This document shows, one piece after another, positions 31,194-40,111 of a stretch of 64,000 nt of DNA. The notes beneath the pieces are model-generated. The model searched no databases and had not been told where the DNA came from. It saw nothing but the letters and a program-made list of their open reading frames with translations. The stretch is from Flavobacteriales bacterium (GTDB lineage: Bacteria; Bacteroidota; Bacteroidia; Flavobacteriales_D; Crocinitomicaceae): assembly GCA_015665275.1 (NCBI GenBank), contig JADFAL010000066.1, positions 617-64,616 of the forward strand, read 5' to 3'. Numbering within the stretch: the stretch's first letter is position 1; every line of letters starts with the position of its first letter. Position numbers and translations under genes: made by a program.

Positions 31194-32261
31194 ATGAAAG
31201 CAATTTTTGCGAGTTCGATTCTACTATTTCTCTTTTTATCAACAAGTTGTGATAATTACAAGACCCAACAAGGCTTTAGTACAGTTACGGGTAAGGTTGG
31301 GGAAATTTTAGTTGTAGCCGAGAACGGTGTTTGGGAATCCGATTTGAAAGAATGCCTTGATTCCAACCTTACGCAGTGGATCATGCCTTACTTTCCCGAT
31401 GTGGCCACCTTTGAATTAATTCATAAGACACCCGCACACTTCGAGAAAGGGGTAAAAAGATACCGAAACATTCTATTTTTGAAAATCGACCCGAAATTCA
31501 AAGGAAAGAAGGGGAGAATTGTAAAGCACAAAGATGTTTGGGGCAAAGGTCAGATCGTTATCGATATCATAGCAAAGGACTACGCAATGTTGGAAAAAAC
31601 GTGTAAATCTGGATTGGATGAGGTGCACGATATTTACGACAAAGGTTCTTGGGAGCGACTGATTACACACTTCGACTCCTACAACAACAAGACGGTCAAA
31701 AAGGATATTACCAACCATTTTGGGATTGATATTTCTTTACCAGCGCGCTCTAAAATCGTTACTAGACAAAAGAATTTCTATCGCGTCGAATTCCCAGCAT
31801 CATCCCGCCCAATGGAGTTTGAAGCGTCCGGAGGTAGATCGGAAGATGTAGGACTGATTCTTTCCGGATTAATGATTTGGCAGTACGATTTTGTAGATTC
31901 GACCCAATTTGAATTTGATAAGCTATTGGAAGATCGCGACACCATGCTTAAGTACAACATGCCACACGAGATTACAGGCTTGTACATGGGCACGCAGTAT
32001 GAGAAGATCGTTTATCCAGAAGGGAATGAAACGGTTAGTAAAAATGGAAAGGTGAAAGGGTACGAGATTCGAGGAATGTTCAAATTCACAGGAAGACCTA
32101 TTCACAGTACAGGAGGAGCCTTCTGGGAATTCCATTTTAAGCATCCGAAACGAAACAAAATGATGTGTCTAAGTGGCTACGTCGACGCGGCACCAACCAC
32201 CAGTTGGACGCATCCACTTCGAGAAATCCAGGCCATACTTAGGAGCGTCGAGTTTAAGTAG
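31194..32261 (+). CDS. Lipoprotein of unknown function (possibly DUF4837 family)
   Basis: Signal peptide plus lipobox (LFLSTSCDN), 355 aa. The family assignment is from memory of Bacteroidota DUF4837 proteins and is unverified. Confidence 0.45.
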   Translation: MKAIFASSILLFLFLSTSCDNYKTQQGFSTVTGKVGEILVVAENGVWESDLKECLDSNLTQWIMPYFPDVATFELIHKTPAHFEKGVKRYRNILFLKIDPKFKGKKGRIVKHKDVWGKGQIVIDIIAKDYAMLEKTCKSGLDEVHDIYDKGSWERLITHFDSYNNKTVKKDITNHFGIDISLPARSKIVTRQKNFYRVEFPASSRPMEFEASGGRSEDVGLILSGLMIWQYDFVDSTQFEFDKLLEDRDTMLKYNMPHEITGLYMGTQYEKIVYPEGNETVSKNGKVKGYEIRGMFKFTGRPIHSTGGAFWEFHFKHPKRNKMMCLSGYVDAAPTTSWTHPLREIQAILRSVEFK

Positions 32262-33019
32262 TGAAGATTTCTGCCACCATAATTACACTGAACGAAGAGC
32301 GTAACATTGGACGTTGTATTCAATCGCTTGAAGGCGTTGCAGATGAAATTATTGTATTAGACTCCCATTCTACAGATCGAACTCAGGAAATTTGTGAGCA
32401 GCATGGAGTTCGCTTCGAAGAGCGCAAATGGGAAGGATATTCTGCTAGCAAGAATTACCTGAACAGTCTCGCACGATACGATTACATTTTGTCTCTGGAC
32501 GCTGATGAAGCGTTAGATTCTGATCTTCGAAAAGCTCTTTTGGAGGTGAAGAAAGTAGAGACCCCGGGAGTTTACTCTGTGAATCGAATTACAAATTATT
32601 GTGGCAAATGGATCAAGCACGGCGGCTGGTACCCCGATGTAAAAGTGCGTTTGTTTCCCAAGAAAGGAAGTAGTTGGGTTGGGGCGCATGTACACGAAGA
32701 ATTAGAGCACCCGAGCGGTTTGGAAGAAGAACAGCTGTCGGGTCATCTGGAGCATTATTCCTACTATTCCTTTGAGGAACATCGCGCGCGAGCAGATAAA
32801 TATTCTGCATTGACGGCTGCCAAGTTTTACGATCAGGGAAAGCGTGTTGGTGCTATGAAGCCCTACCTTAGTGCAATTGGGCGATTTTTCGGAATGTACT
32901 TCATCAAAAAAGGAATTCTAGATGGTCGCATGGGCTTCAAAATTGCCTGGATTAGCGCACAGTCGAATGTGTTCAAATACAAAGAATTACTACGTTTGCA
33001 ACGAGAGAAGGCCGCATGA
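32261..33019 (+). CDS. Glycosyltransferase family 2 (LPS-core type)
   Basis: GTG start. ISATIITLNEERNIGRCIQSL...IIVLDSHSTDRT...LSLDADE (DxD) is typical of GT2. Confidence 0.8.
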   Translation: MKISATIITLNEERNIGRCIQSLEGVADEIIVLDSHSTDRTQEICEQHGVRFEERKWEGYSASKNYLNSLARYDYILSLDADEALDSDLRKALLEVKKVETPGVYSVNRITNYCGKWIKHGGWYPDVKVRLFPKKGSSWVGAHVHEELEHPSGLEEEQLSGHLEHYSYYSFEEHRARADKYSALTAAKFYDQGKRVGAMKPYLSAIGRFFGMYFIKKGILDGRMGFKIAWISAQSNVFKYKELLRLQREKAA

Positions 33020-34005
33020 ATTTAGACGGAAAACGCATCATTGTAAGCAGAACAGACAGCATTGGCGATGTCATGCTGACCTTACCTATTTGTCATTGGA
33101 TCAAGCAACAAGCTCCAACGGCCCAGGTTATTTTTCTTGGAAAGGGATATACAAAACCTGTGGTAGAGGCGTATGCTGAAGTTGGTCAATTTGAAGATTG
33201 GGCAGAATATTCTGAGAAGAATTCAGCGGCTCAACTGGAATGGTTGAAATCGCTGAATGCGGATATCTTTCTACATGTTTTTCCGAACAAGGAACTGGCA
33301 TCGCTTGCCAAGAAGGCGAAAATCTCAACACGAGTTGGTACATCGCATCGCATGTATCATTTGCTTACGTGCACGCACAGAGTAAACTTCACTCGAAAGA
33401 ACTCAGAGCTCCACGAATCGCAATTGAATTTCGAATTGCTACGTCCTTTAGGGTTGACTGAGATTCCAGATTTGGAGGCAATCAATCAATCAACGGAAGC
33501 GTTTCAACCCAAACCAGAAGGATTACCGGAACCATTTCAATCGCTCGACAACTTTGTGGTTTTACACCCGAAATCGCAAGGAAGTGCCCGAGAATGGCCA
33601 ATGGAGAAGTACTTAGAGCTAGCGGGAAGGCTGGTAGCATTTGGGAAAAATGTGGTGTTCACTGGAACAGAAAATGAAGGACAGTTATTTCGAAATCAGC
33701 TACCAGAGAACGATCAAATTTTGGATTCAACGGGAAAACTTTCATTGCAGCAACTCATTACTTTAATTGGCAAATCGAAAGGGTTGATTGCATGCTCTAC
33801 AGGGCCATTGCACATTGCAGGATACTCAGGTATCCGCACCGTAGGTTTGTTTTCTCCACAGCGACCAATTCATCCTGGTCGATGGAAGGCGTTGGGTCCG
33901 GAAGTGCGAATTCTAGTTTGTCCGGAAGGCAATTCCAAGGACACTAATTACAATTGCTTAGACGAAATTACAGTGGACTCAGCCTTTCATGCGCTGACTT
34001 CATGA
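33016..34005 (+). CDS. Glycosyltransferase family 9 (heptosyltransferase-like)
   Basis: RIIVSRTDSIGDVMLTLPICHWIK at the N-terminus, and HPKSQGSAREWP...GPLHIA at the C-terminus. The start overlaps the GT2 stop. Confidence 0.8.
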   Translation: MNLDGKRIIVSRTDSIGDVMLTLPICHWIKQQAPTAQVIFLGKGYTKPVVEAYAEVGQFEDWAEYSEKNSAAQLEWLKSLNADIFLHVFPNKELASLAKKAKISTRVGTSHRMYHLLTCTHRVNFTRKNSELHESQLNFELLRPLGLTEIPDLEAINQSTEAFQPKPEGLPEPFQSLDNFVVLHPKSQGSAREWPMEKYLELAGRLVAFGKNVVFTGTENEGQLFRNQLPENDQILDSTGKLSLQQLITLIGKSKGLIACSTGPLHIAGYSGIRTVGLFSPQRPIHPGRWKALGPEVRILVCPEGNSKDTNYNCLDEITVDSAFHALTS

Positions 34006-34097
34006 ATTGAGTACCTTTACAAAAAACTAGCAGAATCCAATCGTTTCTTCGTTATATCATTTATCTCAACGTAGTCGTTTCACTGGCCGCGGCAATC

Positions 34098-34868
34098 TTG
34101 TGCGCGGGATTCGCCAAAATGATTGGCTGGGCACCCGTCCATGTGCTGCTTTTCGGTGGTTTTGCCTTTTTCGGAACAATGGCTGTGTACAATGGACAGC
34201 GACTCTTCAAAGTTTCCGACGTAAAGACACCTTGGTTGAATTGGGTTCAAGAACGTACAACTTCCATACGAACGCTCACGATTGTAGCATCTATAGCATC
34301 TCTTTCCTTGGCCTTGATCCTTGTTTATAATCGTGATTTTGCTCGAATTGCGATTTGGATGAGCCCTGCAGTGCTGGTTTCTTTCTTGTATATCTTTCGG
34401 TTGAAAGGCAAAAACCTGCGTGACATTCCCAATTTGAAGATTCATTTGATTGCCTTTTCGTGGGTACTCATTTTGATTCTGTTCCCGTTTTTAGTTCGGT
34501 TTGAAGTTACCTTGGATTTTATACGGCCGTTTGTTGCTTTGATTATCGGACACTACTTCTACGTAATTGCAGTTGCTATTCCGTTCGATATCCGTGATTT
34601 GAAATACGATAAGGAGAATCAGAGAACAATTCCACAGAGAGCGGGTGTGAATGGCTCCAAGTTACTCTCCATTGGCTTGTTGCTGGTTTCAGCGATCTTT
34701 CTAACCGGACTTACACCAATCCGAATTGATAATTACTGGTTTCATGGAGCAATATTGGTGCAGATTCTATTGGTGCTGGGGATGAATACTAAACGATCTG
34801 ATTTCTATTGTGCCGGCTGGATCGATGGGTCTATTGCTCTTCTGGGACTAGCCTATTTCATGAATTAG
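34098..34868 (+). CDS. Polytopic membrane protein, divergent UbiA-prenyltransferase-like
   Basis: About 8 TM helices. AIPFDIRDLKYDKENQRTIPQRAG resembles the second Asp-rich UbiA motif. The frame is open from 34011 and encodes an additional TM-like segment with no ATG, GTG or TTG before the TTG at 34098. Confidence 0.4.
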   Translation: MCAGFAKMIGWAPVHVLLFGGFAFFGTMAVYNGQRLFKVSDVKTPWLNWVQERTTSIRTLTIVASIASLSLALILVYNRDFARIAIWMSPAVLVSFLYIFRLKGKNLRDIPNLKIHLIAFSWVLILILFPFLVRFEVTLDFIRPFVALIIGHYFYVIAVAIPFDIRDLKYDKENQRTIPQRAGVNGSKLLSIGLLLVSAIFLTGLTPIRIDNYWFHGAILVQILLVLGMNTKRSDFYCAGWIDGSIALLGLAYFMN

Positions 34869-34987
34869 CGTTAGAATAAAAGGTACAACGTCTTCGGAGA
34901 GCACCTCTTTTTCTTAAGGTTATCAGCATTACACTTATTACAAAGCCGGGGTTTCGATCTGAAGCGAATTTGTAGTATATTAGAATC

Positions 34988-35320
34988 ATGAAATATCTAT
35001 TTGCCCTACTTACAATTCTTTGTTTTCAAGGTGTTTACGCACAGTCCGTTTATACTGTTGACTATGAAAGTCAGGCCGACATCAAGGTTTTTGTGGTTGA
35101 TTACGAAAGCCAATGCGATTTAAAAGTGTTTAAGCAGAAATATGAATCCAATGCCGATGGAAACGAAGGCAACTGGTACTTCTGTGCTTATGAATCGCAG
35201 TCGGACAAAACGATCTTCTTTGTTGACTATGAAAGCCAATCCAATTTAAAAATCTTCTTCGTGGAGTATGAGTCGCAAGCAGGCTGGAAAAACAGCGCCA
35301 AGAAGCATTTGTTGTATTAG
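34988..35320 (+). CDS. Small secreted protein built from six YES(Q/N) repeats
   Basis: Signal peptide MKYLFALLTILCFQGVYAQ, then DYESQADIKVFVV / DYESQCDLKVFKQ / KYESNADGNEG.. / AYESQSDKTIFFV / DYESQSNLKIFFV / EYESQAGW, mostly with 13-residue spacing. Confidence 0.6.
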   Translation: MKYLFALLTILCFQGVYAQSVYTVDYESQADIKVFVVDYESQCDLKVFKQKYESNADGNEGNWYFCAYESQSDKTIFFVDYESQSNLKIFFVEYESQAGWKNSAKKHLLY

Positions 35321-35371
35321 ATTAAATCCCGATTCGCTAGATTTCGAGAGCCTCAATCTACACTCTAATTT

Positions 35372-36733
35372 CTAGGCAAATAATGCCTTTACCACCTCTA
35401 CAATTGTTCCGCAGGGAACCAGTTCAATCTTGTAATCTTTCTGGTTGATTCCCTTATTGTATTTGGAAAGAATAATTTTTTCGAAACCTAATTTTTCAGC
35501 TTCATAAATGCGCTGGTCGATCCGGTTCACAGGGCGCACTTCACCAGACAATCCAACTTCAGCACACAGAGCAAAATTATTGGAAACCGGCATGTCTGCA
35601 TTTGACGACAGCACCGCGGCAACAACCGCCAAATCAATCGCAGGATCATCTACTTTAATACCTCCGGCAATGTTTAGGAATACGTCTTTTGCGCCCAGCT
35701 TGAAGCCGCAACGCTTTTCCATGACCGCCAGCAACATGTTCAATCGTTTGCTGTCGAACCCGGTAGAAGACCTTTGAGGAGTTCCGTAAGCGGCAGAGCT
35801 TACCAATGCTTGCACTTCGATCATCATAGGGCGCATGCCTTCCAAAGTTGCTGCAATTGCAATTCCACTGAGGGAACTATCCGTATTTGTGATCAGTATT
35901 TCAGAGGGGTTTTCCACTTGACGTAATCCCGAACCTAGCATTTCGTAAATGCCTAATTCGTTAGTGCTTCCAAAGCGGTTTTTTATGGAACGCAACAAGC
36001 GATAGACGTGATTGCGGTCGCCTTCAAATTGCAATACAGCATCTACCATATGCTCCAATACCTTCGGTCCGGCCAACGAACCCTCTTTGGTAATGTGTCC
36101 GATTAAGAATACCGGAACGTTACTTTGCTTGGCGAATCGAAGCAACTGAGCCGTAGATTCTCGCACTTGTGAAATACTTCCAGGAGAACTCTCAATATGT
36201 GAAGAATACAGCGTTTGAATCGAGTCGATCACCAATAAATTCGGCTGCGTTTGTTCGGCTTGTTTGAAGATGTTTTGTACGTTGGTTTCCGTAAGAATAA
36301 AGCAATTATCGTTGAGGATTCCAATGCGTTCTGCACGCATTTTTATTTGTTGATCGCTTTCCTCACCGGAGACGTATAAAACTTTCAACCCGGCAGTAGA
36401 AACGGCCAATTGTAACAACAATGTAGATTTACCAATTCCCGGTTCTCCACCAAAGAGAATCAAAGAACCGGGCACCAATCCGCCACCAAGAACCCGATTC
36501 AATTCTGAATCGCTCAGTTCAATTCTTGGGTGTTCTTTTTGATCAATCTGATCGATTGCCTGAGGCTTGGCACTTTCTTTGGAACGCGAAAACGCCACCA
36601 CTTGAGGCACCTGTTTTTGGATCAATTCTTCTACGAATGTGTTCCATTCACTACAGGACGGACATTTCCCAAGCCACTTGGGTGTCTCGTGTCCACAATT
36701 TTGACAAAAAAATGCTGATTTTACCTTCGCCAT
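35372..36733 (-). CDS. radA: DNA repair protein RadA/Sms
   Basis: Start MAKVKSAFFCQNCGHETPKWLGKCPSCSEWNTF (zinc finger). Walker A GEPGIGKST, the KNRFG motif and a Lon-like C-terminal domain are present. Confidence 0.9.
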   Translation of the reverse strand: MAKVKSAFFCQNCGHETPKWLGKCPSCSEWNTFVEELIQKQVPQVVAFSRSKESAKPQAIDQIDQKEHPRIELSDSELNRVLGGGLVPGSLILFGGEPGIGKSTLLLQLAVSTAGLKVLYVSGEESDQQIKMRAERIGILNDNCFILTETNVQNIFKQAEQTQPNLLVIDSIQTLYSSHIESSPGSISQVRESTAQLLRFAKQSNVPVFLIGHITKEGSLAGPKVLEHMVDAVLQFEGDRNHVYRLLRSIKNRFGSTNELGIYEMLGSGLRQVENPSEILITNTDSSLSGIAIAATLEGMRPMMIEVQALVSSAAYGTPQRSSTGFDSKRLNMLLAVMEKRCGFKLGAKDVFLNIAGGIKVDDPAIDLAVVAAVLSSNADMPVSNNFALCAEVGLSGEVRPVNRIDQRIYEAEKLGFEKIILSKYNKGINQKDYKIELVPCGTIVEVVKALFA

Positions 36734-36820
36734 AGGAAGCTTAAAGGTAATACAAACCATCAAACCAATCTTCTCGACAAGCTCGAAGTCCGGTAAAATT
36801 TTATTTATGTATTAGGATGA

Positions 36821-37030
36821 CTATCCAGCGAAAGACCTACGTCCCCACTTGCTACACTTACGTTTGCGCTTTTTATTAATGCGCTTGTTTTTACGTGCAC
36901 CTTTTCCGGGTCCTGGATATTCGTTAAGAACGATTTGAGTAGCCTCTTTAGAAGCGTTTGTTGAGGTCATTTCTGTTGCAGATGCGGAGAACATTAGCAA
37001 TAGAAAAGCCGAAGAAATAAGGAATTTCAT
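36821..37030 (-). CDS. Small secreted protein with highly basic C-terminus, unknown function
   Basis: 69 aa. Signal peptide MKFLISSAFLLLMFSASA. C-terminus KGARKNKRINKKRKRKCSKWGRR. Confidence 0.3.
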   Translation of the reverse strand: MKFLISSAFLLLMFSASATEMTSTNASKEATQIVLNEYPGPGKGARKNKRINKKRKRKCSKWGRRSFAG

Positions 37031-37111
37031 CTTTCTAAAATTTGAGTGTTGTTACATCATAGTAACGGAGAATATTACTATGATATTGCCAAAGGTAACA
37101 TTTTCAGGGAG

Positions 37112-39139
37112 TTATTCCTCAATCACCACTTTTTCACGGTACAATTTGTTGTCACTCTCTATTTCCACAATGTAAATTCCGGCAGCCAAATCCATCCATT
37201 GAACAATGCTATTTCCGGATACATCGTGTTCCAGAACAACACGCCCAGCGGAGTTGATTAAACGCAAAACACCTACTTTATTTCCTTCTATCACCAGATG
37301 ATCTTTGGCAGGGTTTGGATATATCACAAATGGGTTGTTCGACAAGGTATTCAGTCCAACGTCAGAATCAAGAGTTAGTAAGAGAATAGCGGTACTATCA
37401 CAACCATCTGGAAGCGGGATAAGTTGTACGTAAAGACCTGAGCTCGCGATCAATTGACCGTTCCAGTTATAAGCAGATGCAGCATTTATTTCGAGTGTGT
37501 CTCCAATTGGAGCATGACTCCCGTCTGATACTGTATTCGTAACGACGTTGGTAAATTCCGTAGCGGTGCCCAAGAAGTCTATTTGTCCTTCGTTTGAGAA
37601 TAAATCTCCGTGATTCAGTCCTTGAACTTGCTCTATTTCGAATACTACATAGCCAGTGCTTTCAACAGCATTTTGCGACTGCGTAGGAAGTAGGATACTA
37701 TCAAAATAGAAATCAACAATACTAGGACTAACCCAGTTGAGGTGTATGTCGTCAGAAGCTGCAACTACTCTTAAGGTTGTGGGGTCGAGGTTGCTATCAA
37801 TCATGTCTCTGACACGAATATCCGTTACAGTAGACGTAAAGTCGTTCTGGAATCGAACGGTGTAGGTCATAAGTTGACTGTTTTCAATATAACCCACATC
37901 GCAATCTCCGCGAGGATATACGCGCTTGATCTCCGTTCCAAACCCTGTGGCCACATTGAAGACGTAATTTTTTTCGTTATTCCAAGGGTTGATATCGCCT
38001 GTAACAGGATAAATTAGCGCATCGAGAAGAATACTGTCAGCAGGGTTCGCTGCCGCATCTGTGCTTACACTCATTTCAATGATGAAATGCGGCGAATCTT
38101 TGTAGAGGTTTGCGTAGTTGTAAATCAAGGAGTCAGAAGTTATCACTGATGGTGACGGCGAAGAATTCACAAATGTCATGAGGGGGTCCAGTTTTACGAC
38201 AACTTCTCCGTTTTGTGGTGGGCACCCATCGTTGTATGCGTCTATGACCAGATTTGTGGTTTGTCCCCCAAGAAAATTATTAGTAATCACTTGCACGCCG
38301 TTATCAAATCCGTTGTCATCAATGTTGAGGGTAACAGTGTCTGTACAGATCACGTTCATGGAGCCGTCTAACATCGATATTACATAGGACGTATCTACAT
38401 TGCTAGATACCGTAAGAGGTAATGTTGTATCTCCTGTACTCCAAAGGTAATTAACTCCAGGAATGCTTTCTTCGACGGAGATGTTATCTATGCCCCAATT
38501 GTCGCAACAGGTTCCGCTTGAATAGAATTGTTCCCAACGGAGCATAGTATTAGGCGATTGTGCTACGGGTGGAATTGAGAAGGTCAATGTACTCCAAGAC
38601 ATATAAGTTGTAGCACCATTTATAATGGATCCGGGAGTCTGTGGATTCACTGGTAATTCAATACCCTCAGGGCTGTAGTAAATCATCTCGTTCCAAGTAG
38701 CACCATTGTCGGTACTATACATCAATTATACACCTTCGTTGGTAAGGTCGGGACCCTCGCAAGGTGCGGCTCCACCCTGTACAGCATACACCATGTCGAA
38801 ACCAACGATACCTCCGTTCGTAAAGTCATATACATTCGACTCGATGAACGGAACACCAGAACCGGCGGTTGATGCCCAGTAGTAAGGTGTATTATCAATT
38901 CCCGATCCACAAGGTTGTGAAAAGGTAGATCCACCACCAACAGACCATCCCGTTGGTAAAATTCCGCTGTTGAAATCAACAAAATCCTGAACGTTTGTAA
39001 GGGGTTGGGTCGGAACACCATTAAATGTTACTGGGATACCAGCGCAAGTTTCAATATTGTCATCGTCAAAATCTATACATTGAGTAAAACTCATGGACGT
39101 CAATATTATCGTGGTAAGCGTGGTAAGCAGTGTTTTCAT
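37112..39139 (-). pseudogene. T9SS-sorted secreted protein (BNR/Asp-box-containing) interrupted by an in-frame TAA at 38726-38728
   Basis: Track ORFs 38726..39139 and 37112..38725 abut in the same frame: ...PDLTNEGV*LMYSTDNGATWNEM... (Asp-box SxDxGxTW). Signal peptide MKTLLTTLTTIILTSMSFTQ. C-terminus VIYPNPAKDHLVIE...AGIYIVEIES. Confidence 0.7.
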
Positions 39140-39288
39140 GTATTAAAGTTAAGTTCAGACTCGTGTTTTCGCAATAAAAAATGCATAATTCTTGTTCATG
39201 ACAGTCATAATATTGAAGCTTTGGCCTCGTTATTGTAAAAGTTGCCCGGGTTTCAACTACCTTTATTTCATCATTAAAAACAAGAAAA

Positions 39289-39798
39289 TTGAAAAGAATT
39301 ATAGCAGCCGCGTTATTTATGCTTCCAATGTTGAGTATGGCGCAAGAATTAAGTTTGGATACAGAGAAAGCGACGGTTAGCTTCAACTTTGTAGCAGAAA
39401 AAGTGAAAGGAACAGTTAGCGGAATTGATGCAACGTTATCTTTAAACTTGTCGGACTTAGGAAGTTCTACAATTCAAGGAACAGCAGATGTTTCCACACT
39501 TTCTACAGGAACTAAAATGCGTGATAAGCACTTAAAATCGGATGATTTTTTCCACGCCGACCAATACCCGAAGATGACGTTTACAAGTTCTTCTGTTGAG
39601 AAGAAGGGTGAGCAGTACTTTGCCCATGGAACCTTAACGATTAAGGGAATAACAAAGGATGTATCCTTCAAAATGGAAATGATAGATGAGGTATTGATTA
39701 TGACCACCATGATTAATGCAGCAGATTATGATGTGTCTCCAAAGAAAGCGGAGAAAAGCCAGGTAGATGTGAAGGTGAAAGTGCCGTTTGCTAAATAA
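39289..39798 (+). CDS. YceI family periplasmic polyisoprenoid-binding protein
   Basis: MRDKHLKSDDFFHADQYPKMTFTSSSV...AHGTLTIKGITKDVSF is the YceI core. A signal peptide is present. Confidence 0.85.
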   Translation: MKRIIAAALFMLPMLSMAQELSLDTEKATVSFNFVAEKVKGTVSGIDATLSLNLSDLGSSTIQGTADVSTLSTGTKMRDKHLKSDDFFHADQYPKMTFTSSSVEKKGEQYFAHGTLTIKGITKDVSFKMEMIDEVLIMTTMINAADYDVSPKKAEKSQVDVKVKVPFAK

Positions 39799-39820
39799 GA
39801 TACGCTAAAGAAATGTAGAA

Positions 39821-39848
39821 ATGGGTCGAGATTCTCGACCCATTTTTG
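39821..39848 (+). terminator. Rho-independent terminator after yceI-like gene
   Basis: atgggtcgag-att-ctcgacccat followed by T5. Confidence 0.85.
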
Positions 39849-39850
39849 TT

Positions 39851-40018
39851 TTACTTATTTACAATTAACCTCTCTCTACAGGTTATTCCATTGCGTACAA
39901 TTTCTGCTACGTAGATTCCATTTGAAAGATTATCTAGGAGAAGAGTAGAGTTTCCAAAGCTTTTTTCGTTCAAGCTGAACAACCCTTCTTGGTTTCCTTT
40001 ATCTTCTTCATGATTTTT
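39851..40018 (-). pseudogene. Orphan remnant of a T9SS C-terminal sorting domain
   Basis: Minus-strand frame between TGA (40019-21) and TAA (39851-53) reads KNHEEDKGNQEGLFSLNEKSFGNSTLLLDNLSNGIYVAEIVRNGITCRERLIVNK. The last about 35 aa are a typical T9SS CTD tail, but there is no upstream body or ATG. Confidence 0.45.
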
Positions 40019-40111
40019 TCATCGTTGTAAACTCTTATTCAACCATAATAGTGACGAGGTCTCACTCCTTTACGTTGCATTGTGAATGAAAACGAGCATT
40101 TTAGAGGCACG

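Noticed and set aside
5239-38728. Stop-codon reassignment or an alternative genetic code as the explanation for the in-frame TAA, TAG and TGA codons
   Set aside because: All three stop codons also terminate well-conserved genes at their expected ends: TAG for egtB and comF, TGA for gpx and the GT9 gene, and TAA for nrdA, nrdB and the LytTR regulator. A global recoding is therefore not supported. The lesions are better read as mutations or errors.
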